Below, one piece after another: positions 38,536-47,613 of a stretch of DNA of 64,000 nt. The notes under the pieces are model-generated. The model was not told where the DNA came from. It ran no database searches and was given only the letters and a program-made list of their open reading frames with translations. Numbering within the stretch: position 1 is the stretch's first letter; every line of letters begins with the position of its first letter. This stretch comes from Spirochaetia bacterium (GTDB taxonomy: Bacteria; Spirochaetota; Spirochaetia; CADAEX01): assembly GCA_045606105.1 (NCBI GenBank), contig JAZURI010000002.1, positions 64,001-128,000 of the forward strand, written 5' to 3'. Both the position numbers and the translations under genes were made by a program.

Positions 38536-39489
38536 ATGAAATTCAGAACTAAAATAATAAGCTTATCGGCAGCAATAATTATCCTTGCAGGAACATATTT
38601 CCTGGGCGGTGTATTCTCGGCACAGAGCAATGTGGACAAGCTCTCCATGATTCCGTTGTTTGATACCTCACTCAAGGAAAATCTTTCCGGTGTAAAGGTT
38701 TCCACCACAGACGGAAATCTCATGCTTGAAAAGAAGGGTAAGGATGAATGGATTGTAAGAATCGATGACCAGGTAACATATCCTGCCTCCAATGTCAGGA
38801 TCGAAAGCCTTGTGACATCTGTCTTCGATGTAACAAAGTTCAAGCTCATAGGACACGGTGAAAAGTACTGGCCAGAATTCCAGCTTGAGGAAAACAGGGC
38901 CGATACAGTCGAGGTTTTCGTAGGGGGAGAATCAAAGTTCACTCTCTATGTGGGAAAGGAGGGTCCCGGCAGGAAGGGCGATTATGTAAGGTCCTCCCTT
39001 TCCGATGAAATCTATCTTACCGATGCCACCATGCAGCGCCATTTCGGCAAGGAGCCTAAATACTGGTTCAACATGCGTCTTTTCCCTGAAAAATATATCG
39101 GAGAGGATATGTTTGCCATCAACATCACCGACATAGCCGGCAACAAGATATCCATCAAGAAGGACAGACCGGACAAGAAGGGACAGTGGGCAAACCTTAT
39201 CGACAAGACAAAGGTTCCTGTAAAGTTCGGTGCCGATACAATTGCCAACAACATTGCAATGCTTGAAGCGGAGAACTTCATCAATGGTTCCGACCCGATC
39301 AACCCTAATGCAGTCATCGAGGTGGACAGTGCCGAATTCGGACACATCATCTTCGACTGTCAGAGAATTGTGGACGGGGAAAGATACATGTATGTAATCA
39401 AGAAAAGGGGAGACTCCTTCATGTACCTTATTCCGGAAGACAAGATGCTCCCGATTCTCTTCCCTAAAGATCTTTACAAAGAAGAGTAA
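38536..39489 (+). CDS. DUF4340-type membrane-anchored protein
   Basis: N-terminal anchor; W...YPA, LYVGK and YVR motifs; usual position after gldG. Confidence 0.65.
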   Translation: MKFRTKIISLSAAIIILAGTYFLGGVFSAQSNVDKLSMIPLFDTSLKENLSGVKVSTTDGNLMLEKKGKDEWIVRIDDQVTYPASNVRIESLVTSVFDVTKFKLIGHGEKYWPEFQLEENRADTVEVFVGGESKFTLYVGKEGPGRKGDYVRSSLSDEIYLTDATMQRHFGKEPKYWFNMRLFPEKYIGEDMFAINITDIAGNKISIKKDRPDKKGQWANLIDKTKVPVKFGADTIANNIAMLEAENFINGSDPINPNAVIEVDSAEFGHIIFDCQRIVDGERYMYVIKKRGDSFMYLIPEDKMLPILFPKDLYKEE

Positions 39490-40102
39490 AAATCTGACGG
39501 TGGATTTCCTCTCTGGACAATCTGCCGTCGATTACATGAATTTTCATGGGAGAGTCCTTGTACAGCTCAAGGACCTTCCTGTAATTTGCATCAATTTTTT
39601 TCTGAAATTCCAGCTTTTCGAAAATCTCGGCCGCTTCACCTCTTGCTGCTCTTCTTTTTTCACACTCTTCGGGAGAAAGCTCTATAAAGAAAAGATGCTC
39701 CGGCAGCGGATAGAAGCTGTTCAGCTTAGCAACAGTATCAAAATCCACATCCATGGACTGGTATGCCAGGCTTGAAAAAAGATATCTGTCACAGATGACC
39801 TTTGTTCCGGCCTCTGCCAGGGCCTTTATCCCTTTTTCTCCGTTGACATGTTCATTCCTGTCGGCCGAAAAGAGGAGGGCCAGTGTAAAGGGATCCACAG
39901 TTACCTTGCTTCCCAGGATTTCCCTGATAAAGCGGCCTATATGACCGGATGTAGGCTCGTTGGTCCTGAAAGCCGGGATTCCTTCCTGCTCCAGACGGCT
40001 GCAGAGCATGTCAAGCTGAGTTGTGGTACCGGCTCCGTCAAGCCCCTCAAGCACGATAAAATTCCTGATTATATTCTTAAACTTATATTCATTCATAGAC
40101 AT
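39464..40102 (-). CDS. tmk: Thymidylate kinase
   Basis: FIVLEGLDGAGTTTQ, EPT, LLFSADR and CDRYLFSSLAYQ. Start may be 40096. Confidence 0.93.
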   Translation of the reverse strand: MSMNEYKFKNIIRNFIVLEGLDGAGTTTQLDMLCSRLEQEGIPAFRTNEPTSGHIGRFIREILGSKVTVDPFTLALLFSADRNEHVNGEKGIKALAEAGTKVICDRYLFSSLAYQSMDVDFDTVAKLNSFYPLPEHLFFIELSPEECEKRRAARGEAAEIFEKLEFQKKIDANYRKVLELYKDSPMKIHVIDGRLSREEIHRQIFTLLCKDL

Positions 40103-40190
40103 TTTATATTTATATTAAATATATAAAAAAAAATATATAAAAAAACGAGAAATATTTTTGATTATAATGTATACTTGAAGATGGGTAATT

Positions 40191-43100
40191 ATGCGCAGCG
40201 GATATAACTTCGGCATAAAAAAAGTTCTTATTCTCATGATAGCGGCAGCAGTGGCTGTCCTTACTTCATATTATGTCCGCATCAACGCAGAAGCCATTGC
40301 CCTTGAAAACAGGAATGCCATCATAGAATACTTTGAGAACAGGCTCGGACGCAACCTGAAATATTCCACGGTAGATCCTTTTTTCGTAAACTCCATAACT
40401 ATCCACGACATAGAAATAACCGACGACCTGGGCCGCCGGCTCCTTAAAGGGGATGAGCTTAAGATCAGGTTCAACCTTTTCCGTTATCTCTTCAAGAAGG
40501 AATTCATCATTTCGGGTGTCAGGCTTGAAAACGGAAACATCAATTTCATCCAGGCTGCCGATTCAGATATCTTTTTCGGCAATGATTCCGCCGATAATGA
40601 AGAAACCGGCAACGGGAAACCGGCAAGAAAACTCCGCAACTTCAGGTTTTCAGGAAAAAACATAACTGCAGATTTTCTTACGGAATACGGAAGCATCAGA
40701 TTCGAAAGACTCTACAGCAACATGACCACAACTCCCGAAACCCATCTTTTTGATGCCCACGGAACCATATCCGGAAGAAACATAACCCTTCCTGTCATCG
40801 GCAACTTCAGAACCGGCTTCGAGCTCAAGGCAGACCTTTCACGCAGCAACAACATCGGGGATCTGGATATCGATATCAAAAACTTCTCCTCCGATGTCCT
40901 CAATACCGGAAAGCTGTCACTCCATGCATACTACAATGACGGCAATCTTGAAATAAGGAATGTGGAGGACAGTACTCCTATAGACTATGAACTCAGATAC
41001 TACAAGGAATCGGGAAGAACCGAATTCAGAACCGTATTCGAGAATTTCAGGCTTTCGGACAATATCGTATTTGTCCAGAAATACCAGAAATACAACAGAT
41101 ATGCAAAAGGAGAGGCCAACGGAAACTTCAGCATTGTCCATACACCAAAAAACGTGGAAAAATATGCCTATTCCGGCGATATGGCAATCTCTTTCAGAAA
41201 TACAAACATCCCTTACAGACCTGAATGTCATCTGAACTTCACCGGAATTGACGAGAAAATCAATTTCAGAGCCCTTACCATGGAAACCGATAAAGGAAAC
41301 GGTGCTTATCACGGAACCATCGATATTGCCGAGAAATCGGCAGAGGGAGATCTTCTCCTGGACAACTTCAATATCGGAAACGACATCCAGGTCAGCACCA
41401 GGTTCGATATATCAAAGTCCGGCGACAATACACTGCTGCAGTCAGAAAGTCTCGACATAAACGGATATGACCTGGGCAGCTGCACCATCAAGGCCGATAC
41501 CGGAAGCATGAAGGGAGAGCTTTCTGTTTCAAAGAACGGCATCCGTAACCTCAGCATCAGGGGAGAACAGATTCCGGGAAAGAACTACAGAGGATATATC
41601 ACCACTGAGCGCCTGGATCTTAAAGCGGCAGAAGCAGCCCTGAACAGGAACCTGATTCCAGGCTTTATCCGCATGGACCTTGATTCAGAGCTCTTCTTCA
41701 TTACCACCGGCGACAATCTCTATGTCAGCGGCAGGGATCTTCTGGTTTCCGACAGAAATGACAGGAGCAATTTTCTCAGGTTTTCTGTTTCATCAACACT
41801 GGATGACATGTCTGTGAATGATATTGCATTAAAGTACGGCAAGGCTGAGGGAAGCGGATTTCTCAACATCACCGACATGAGAAAGGATACATCCCTCTTC
41901 CGGTCCATTGTTTCCGTAAATGAGATAAATTATGAATTCAAGGGTTTTATGAACAAAGGGGAGAGCCTTTATCTTTCAGGAACTCCGGGCTTCACCCTTT
42001 CTGCCTATTTCCCTGATGATAAAAGCTCTGTATTTACATGCAGGACCAGGGATTTTCCGGTTTATATCAAAAACTGCAAGAGTATATTCAATCTCAATAT
42101 CAACGGCTCAACCGAAGAGGGAAAGCTTCCGGCAGTCAATATAACAAACAGTTCGGTTTCCAATCTTTTCTTCCTCAGGGGCTCCGACAACAGGATTACC
42201 GTCAACGGCAATCTCAGAAACAACAGTCTCAGGCTTTCATCCCTCAGGATAAAGGATGCATTTTCCACAGTTACCGGAACCGGAGAAGGGGTCTTTACCG
42301 ACAAGGCCAATATGGGCGGATGGTTCAGGGGAACAGGAAGCTCACCTGATGAGCATTATGTCATCAACCTCAGTCTGAAGGACAACAACATAGGGCTTGA
42401 TGCCGAAATAGTGAATTCACGGCTGGAGCGCTTCATACATATCCCTGTTACAGGCAGCCTTTCCGGCTCCGTCAATGTATCGGGAACCATGGATTCTCCG
42501 GAATTCAGCATAGATGCAGATATCAGGAAGGGAACCATTTTCAGGGAGCCTATGGAATTCGCCACCTCAATTTCCGTAACCAGGGACAGATCGGAAATAA
42601 AGTCCTTCAATGGTTATCTCGGCAGTGTTGATATTCTTTCAACCTTCGGATTCATCGACTGGACCGAAGGAATCTATAACCTGGACTCAAATATTGTCCT
42701 CAATTCCAAAATTGACGATTCCTCCGCCGAGGCACTCTTCTCCACCTCAGGCATCATAGAGGAGGAGGGCTCCTGGATAATCAACCCGGCAACCACAAAG
42801 AACCGGGGAAAAATGCAACTTTCTTCTCCTTCGGCTGTTTTGATTGGGTACAGGGAGTGGAAGTTCGATTATTCCAACGACGGAGAGATATTTACCCTGA
42901 ACGGAGGACCTTACGAAAACTCTGTTTCAGGACGGTATTTCTCGGACGGAAATTTCGACCTTAATCTCAAGGCTCCTCTGTTCATAACCGGAGATGTGAA
43001 AGGTACCCTTAAAGACGGATATATGGATGCACTTATAAACAATGCCTATGTTGATCTCGGATCTGTAGGTCAGCTTCTCAAGGACTCCTACTTCACACCT

Positions 43101-44498
43101 CTTTCAGGAAACGGTGTGGGAACACTGCGCATCAACGGCAACATCAACAATCCCGACATCTGGGGTGTACTCAGGGCCGATGATATCTATTTCACCCTTA
43201 ATTCCGTACCTGATATCCTGGGACCTTCATCTGCCGAGATTTTCCTTCAGGGAAAGGAAATTTCCCTTCAGCCTCTGCAGATCGATCTTTCAAAGGACAA
43301 TTTTGCCCATGTCAACGCCCAGTTCATCCACGAGCACTGGGCCCTGGACTATTTCAATGTAAATATTTCCGTATACGGAGATCCGAAAAAAGGAACCAGG
43401 ATTACCGAAACCTTCTACGGTATCGATGTGGACGGCTATGCAAACGGACACATTTCCGTTGCCGGCAGCAACAGGACATACTGGGTAGAAGGGGATGTGG
43501 TGGTAAACAACTGTATCATCAACATGAGCAAGGACTTCTATGACGAGCCTGAGGAATCCGACGATTTCTATGAATTTATAGTTGATATGAAGCTCCAGAG
43601 CGGAACCGGTGTGGAATTTTTCTGGCCGACCCAGAAATTTCCGGTACTCAGGGCCTATGCCGACAGGAACCAGATCGTAACCATCAATTTCGACAGCTCT
43701 GCCGAAACCTTCAACATTGACGGAAACGTGGATTTCAAGGGCGGTGATATCTTCTACTTCAGCAACAACTTCTTCATCAGGGACGGACAACTTTTCTTCC
43801 ATGAGAACCAGGACAAGTTCGACCCGAGAATCACCGTAAATGCCGAAATGAGAACCATAAGCAGGAACAACGAAAAGGTAAAGGTTCTTTTTATCCTGGA
43901 CAATGCACCTCTCAGCAATTTCCAGCCTAGAATAGAATCGGTTCCGGCCCTTTCACAGGCCGAGCTTTTTGAGCTTCTGGGCGATACACTCATGGGAGGA
44001 GACCCGGGAGATGACGAAAGGACAACCATGACCACCCTGGCCAACGCCAGTGCCTACGGTACCCAGCTTCTCGGTATATTCCGGCCCTTTGAAAGGACTG
44101 TAAAGGACATACTGAACCTGGATCTCTTCTCAATCCAGGCCCAGCTTTCGGACAAGATTTTCAATAACCGCCGTAACGAGGAGAAGAGTAATGTGGACAT
44201 GAAGCAGATTTCGGCCACCACATATATAAACAATATTGATATTTTCATGGGAAAATACTTCGGAAAGTACTTTTTTCTTGATACAACCCTAAGATTTTCC
44301 ACATGGGATTTTGACACATTTGAATATTATGATTATGATATGCCTGTATTAGGAAACATGTATATAGAATCGGAGATAAATTTTGAAGCTGAAACTCCGC
44401 TCTTTATACTTAATCTGGGATTATATCCTAAGTTCGGTAATATCAGGGATTCAATGCTGGATACCACATTGGGTATATCCTGGAGACTATCTTATTAG
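40191..44498 (+). CDS. tamB: TamB/AsmA-like (DUF490) translocation and assembly protein
   Basis: 1435 aa, N-terminal TM anchor, beta-rich body, immediately upstream of bamA. Confidence 0.78.
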   Translation: MRSGYNFGIKKVLILMIAAAVAVLTSYYVRINAEAIALENRNAIIEYFENRLGRNLKYSTVDPFFVNSITIHDIEITDDLGRRLLKGDELKIRFNLFRYLFKKEFIISGVRLENGNINFIQAADSDIFFGNDSADNEETGNGKPARKLRNFRFSGKNITADFLTEYGSIRFERLYSNMTTTPETHLFDAHGTISGRNITLPVIGNFRTGFELKADLSRSNNIGDLDIDIKNFSSDVLNTGKLSLHAYYNDGNLEIRNVEDSTPIDYELRYYKESGRTEFRTVFENFRLSDNIVFVQKYQKYNRYAKGEANGNFSIVHTPKNVEKYAYSGDMAISFRNTNIPYRPECHLNFTGIDEKINFRALTMETDKGNGAYHGTIDIAEKSAEGDLLLDNFNIGNDIQVSTRFDISKSGDNTLLQSESLDINGYDLGSCTIKADTGSMKGELSVSKNGIRNLSIRGEQIPGKNYRGYITTERLDLKAAEAALNRNLIPGFIRMDLDSELFFITTGDNLYVSGRDLLVSDRNDRSNFLRFSVSSTLDDMSVNDIALKYGKAEGSGFLNITDMRKDTSLFRSIVSVNEINYEFKGFMNKGESLYLSGTPGFTLSAYFPDDKSSVFTCRTRDFPVYIKNCKSIFNLNINGSTEEGKLPAVNITNSSVSNLFFLRGSDNRITVNGNLRNNSLRLSSLRIKDAFSTVTGTGEGVFTDKANMGGWFRGTGSSPDEHYVINLSLKDNNIGLDAEIVNSRLERFIHIPVTGSLSGSVNVSGTMDSPEFSIDADIRKGTIFREPMEFATSISVTRDRSEIKSFNGYLGSVDILSTFGFIDWTEGIYNLDSNIVLNSKIDDSSAEALFSTSGIIEEEGSWIINPATTKNRGKMQLSSPSAVLIGYREWKFDYSNDGEIFTLNGGPYENSVSGRYFSDGNFDLNLKAPLFITGDVKGTLKDGYMDALINNAYVDLGSVGQLLKDSYFTPLSGNGVGTLRINGNINNPDIWGVLRADDIYFTLNSVPDILGPSSAEIFLQGKEISLQPLQIDLSKDNFAHVNAQFIHEHWALDYFNVNISVYGDPKKGTRITETFYGIDVDGYANGHISVAGSNRTYWVEGDVVVNNCIINMSKDFYDEPEESDDFYEFIVDMKLQSGTGVEFFWPTQKFPVLRAYADRNQIVTINFDSSAETFNIDGNVDFKGGDIFYFSNNFFIRDGQLFFHENQDKFDPRITVNAEMRTISRNNEKVKVLFILDNAPLSNFQPRIESVPALSQAELFELLGDTLMGGDPGDDERTTMTTLANASAYGTQLLGIFRPFERTVKDILNLDLFSIQAQLSDKIFNNRRNEEKSNVDMKQISATTYINNIDIFMGKYFGKYFFLDTTLRFSTWDFDTFEYYDYDMPVLGNMYIESEINFEAETPLFILNLGLYPKFGNIRDSMLDTTLGISWRLSY

Positions 44499-44506
44499 GA
44501 GCATTT

Positions 44507-47074
44507 ATGCATTGTTTTAAATATAAGCTTTTGTTTGTTTTACTTTTTATTTTCTCTGCATCCTTTTCCTTTGCCCAGGACAGCTGGTACCAGGGAAAGA
44601 AGATTTCGGAAATAAAGTTCAACGGATTGTATATGATCAATCAGGAGGAACTGGAATCAATAACCGACAGCTATATTGACAAAACTTTTGATGATGAAGT
44701 TTTCATGGAGCTTCAGAACAAGCTCTTTGCACTGGACTATTTTGAAGACATGACCTCTTCAGCCTATCCGGGAAGAGAGGATATTTCCAAATACGACCCT
44801 GAAAACACCGTTGTGATACAGTTCAACATGATCGAGTATCCTTCCGTAGCCAAGGTAAAGCTCTCAGGAAACAAGAATATCAGGAAAAACACCATTCTCG
44901 ACTCTGTCATGCTGAAGCCGGGTGATATCGTTACCGGTGTCAAGCTCAGGCTGGAGGAGGAGAGAATCAATGACCTCTATATAGAAAAGGGCTTCCATGA
45001 AGTACAGATTTCCGGGGAAATCGGTGCCAGGGATGAAAACAACACCGTTACCGTAACCTTCAGGATTGATGAAGGAAAACAGATGAACATCAAGGAAATC
45101 GTTTTCGTTGGAAACAACAATCTTTCCAAGACTGCCCTCAGAAGAAATCTTGAAACAAAGAAGCAGGGACTTTTCTCAAAGGGACTCTATCAGGAATCCC
45201 TTATCGAAGAGGATATTGAGAAAATCGAAAGCTTCTATTCCGAAAAGGGATACATCACCGCAAGGGTAGTGGATGTAAAGAGCGAAATAATCGATACCGA
45301 CGATCCTGAAAAGATGGGTCTGCGCCTTACATACTATATTGAAGAGGGAGACCAGTACACATACGACGGAATCAGCTTCATCGGAAACATAATCCATAAC
45401 GATGAAGAGCTTGAGAAGATGGTAAGGACCAAGAACGGAGATGTTCTCAACAAGGTAAGGATGGAGGCTGACTTTGTAAAGATTTCAGACCTTTACTTTG
45501 ATGACGGATATATATTCAACTCCATTTCCGAAGAGGAAGTCATCAACTACGAGCACAAGAAGGTTTCATATATCGTTACAATCGTGGAATCAGGAAGAGC
45601 CCATGTTGAAAATATCGTTGTAAGAGGAAACGACAAGACCAGGGAAAATGTAATTCTCAGGGAGCTTCCTATCGGCGTGGGAGATGTATTCAGCAAGAAG
45701 AAGATCATCGAAGGGGTACAGAACCTTTACAACCTTCAGTATTTCTCTGCCATCTATCCTGAAACACCGGCAGGCTCTGAGCACGGGCTCATGGATCTTA
45801 TAGTAAACGTGGAAGAGGGAAAGACCACCGATATCCAGTTCGGTCTTACATTTTCGGCCGATGCGGGAGATATTCCGGTAAGTGCCTTCGTAAAATGGAC
45901 CGACAGGAACTTCAGGGGAACAGGTCAGGAGCTCAGTGTAGGTACAGAACTTTCCACAGATGTACAGAGCCTTTCAGCCTCCTTTACCGAACGCTGGCTT
46001 ACAGACAAGCGTCTTTCAGGTACCATCACAGCATCGGTTTCCCACGAAACCACAGCCAATGTTGCCCAGGATATCATGAACCCTGTATTCAAGGGCGATG
46101 ACTATGACGACGGTGAGGTTCCTGACCCTTATGACGGACACCTTGTAGACAGACATACAGGAGAGCCTTCCGATGACGATGATGCAATAACAGACTACGA
46201 ATATGCCATCAAGCACGGCATCGGTATTCCGGAAGCATATCTCATGGAATACGAATCATGGAATATCGGACTTGGTCTCAGTCTCGGTTACACATGGCAT
46301 CTTCCTATCGGCCGTATCGGTTCCGGTGCAGGTTATAACTTCATCAGGACATGGGTAGACTACAATGACAGCATTTACCGTCCTTATAACGAAACCGTAA
46401 GGGAAAACTTCAACAAATGGATGACAACAAACCAGCTCTGGACCTCTGTATCATGGGATACAAGAGACATTGTATACAACCCTTCAAAAGGTTTTTATCT
46501 GAAGGAAACACTTACCTATACAGGTGGTATCCTCCCTTCAGACCGTCAGTATATCGCATCCACAACCAAGGGACAGATTTTCCAGCAGCTTTTCTCGATT
46601 CCGCTGGGAGAGGTATTCAAGTTCAAGATGGTACTGGCTCTCGGTTCCTCCATTTCAGTTATCCTCAACCAGCTTGACGATGACATCAAGGTTACAACCA
46701 ACGAGCTTCTCTACATTGACGGACTTACAATGGCAAGAGGATGGGACAGAGTCTACGACGGAAAGGTTCTCTGGGACAACTGGGTTGAGCTCAGGCTTCC
46801 TATTTTCGAGAGATATATATGGTGGGATTTCTTCATGACAGCAACAGGTATCTGGCCTGAAAGGGAAATGTTCAAGGACATGACATCTGAAGACTTCTAC
46901 TGCACATTGGGCGGTGGATTCAGGCTTACCATTCCGGGACTCCCTATCGGATTCTATTTTGTCAAGAGATTCCAGTACGACAACCACGGAAACATAGACT
47001 GGCAGGAAGGAACACTTTTCAAGAATTCCATGCAGCTTGACTTTGTTATCGGATTCAACCAGAGCTATTACTAG
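44507..47074 (+). CDS. bamA: Outer membrane protein assembly factor BamA
   Basis: Signal peptide, POTRA repeats (GNDKTRENVILRE), barrel with ARGW (VRGF-like) motif and aromatic C-terminus. Confidence 0.92.
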   Translation: MHCFKYKLLFVLLFIFSASFSFAQDSWYQGKKISEIKFNGLYMINQEELESITDSYIDKTFDDEVFMELQNKLFALDYFEDMTSSAYPGREDISKYDPENTVVIQFNMIEYPSVAKVKLSGNKNIRKNTILDSVMLKPGDIVTGVKLRLEEERINDLYIEKGFHEVQISGEIGARDENNTVTVTFRIDEGKQMNIKEIVFVGNNNLSKTALRRNLETKKQGLFSKGLYQESLIEEDIEKIESFYSEKGYITARVVDVKSEIIDTDDPEKMGLRLTYYIEEGDQYTYDGISFIGNIIHNDEELEKMVRTKNGDVLNKVRMEADFVKISDLYFDDGYIFNSISEEEVINYEHKKVSYIVTIVESGRAHVENIVVRGNDKTRENVILRELPIGVGDVFSKKKIIEGVQNLYNLQYFSAIYPETPAGSEHGLMDLIVNVEEGKTTDIQFGLTFSADAGDIPVSAFVKWTDRNFRGTGQELSVGTELSTDVQSLSASFTERWLTDKRLSGTITASVSHETTANVAQDIMNPVFKGDDYDDGEVPDPYDGHLVDRHTGEPSDDDDAITDYEYAIKHGIGIPEAYLMEYESWNIGLGLSLGYTWHLPIGRIGSGAGYNFIRTWVDYNDSIYRPYNETVRENFNKWMTTNQLWTSVSWDTRDIVYNPSKGFYLKETLTYTGGILPSDRQYIASTTKGQIFQQLFSIPLGEVFKFKMVLALGSSISVILNQLDDDIKVTTNELLYIDGLTMARGWDRVYDGKVLWDNWVELRLPIFERYIWWDFFMTATGIWPEREMFKDMTSEDFYCTLGGGFRLTIPGLPIGFYFVKRFQYDNHGNIDWQEGTLFKNSMQLDFVIGFNQSYY

Positions 47075-47088
47075 GAGATAATTTCAAA

Positions 47089-47613
47089 ATGAACAGAAAA
47101 ACAATTTTTATTGCATTGATTATATTTTTTTCAGCAGCAGCTTCATCCTTTGCCCAGCAGCAGATGATTCCCAAAATCGGACTTATCAACTATTCAGCCA
47201 TTGTAAAGGAGTATGTTCCGTTCAATCCTCTTTATGATGAAATCAAGAAGCTGAACAACGAGTATGAGAAAGAGGTGGCTGAAATCTCCGATGAAATCAA
47301 GGATATGGAGGAAAAAAGGGACAGCTATCTTGAATCGGGAATGGAAAAGACAGCTAAAAAGCTGGATGAACAGATCACCAACAAGAAAAATTATCTTGTA
47401 CAGTTTTCTGCTGCCAAGAATTATGAAATCGAACAGAAGAAGCTTCTTGTATCAGATTCCACAAATGCACTTGAAAAAGTCATAAATGAAATTCAGTACA
47501 TTGCCGAAAGCGAAGGCTATTCCGTTATCTTTGATTCAAATGACAAGAATATTATCTGGTGGAGCCAGAGCGTAGATATTACGGAGCTTGTAATCAAAAG
47601 ACTGAAAAAATAA
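47089..47613 (+). CDS. skp: Periplasmic chaperone Skp/OmpH
   Basis: Signal peptide, KIGLIN, coiled coil, AESEGYSVIFD and VDITELVI. Confidence 0.85.
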   Translation: MNRKTIFIALIIFFSAAASSFAQQQMIPKIGLINYSAIVKEYVPFNPLYDEIKKLNNEYEKEVAEISDEIKDMEEKRDSYLESGMEKTAKKLDEQITNKKNYLVQFSAAKNYEIEQKKLLVSDSTNALEKVINEIQYIAESEGYSVIFDSNDKNIIWWSQSVDITELVIKRLKK

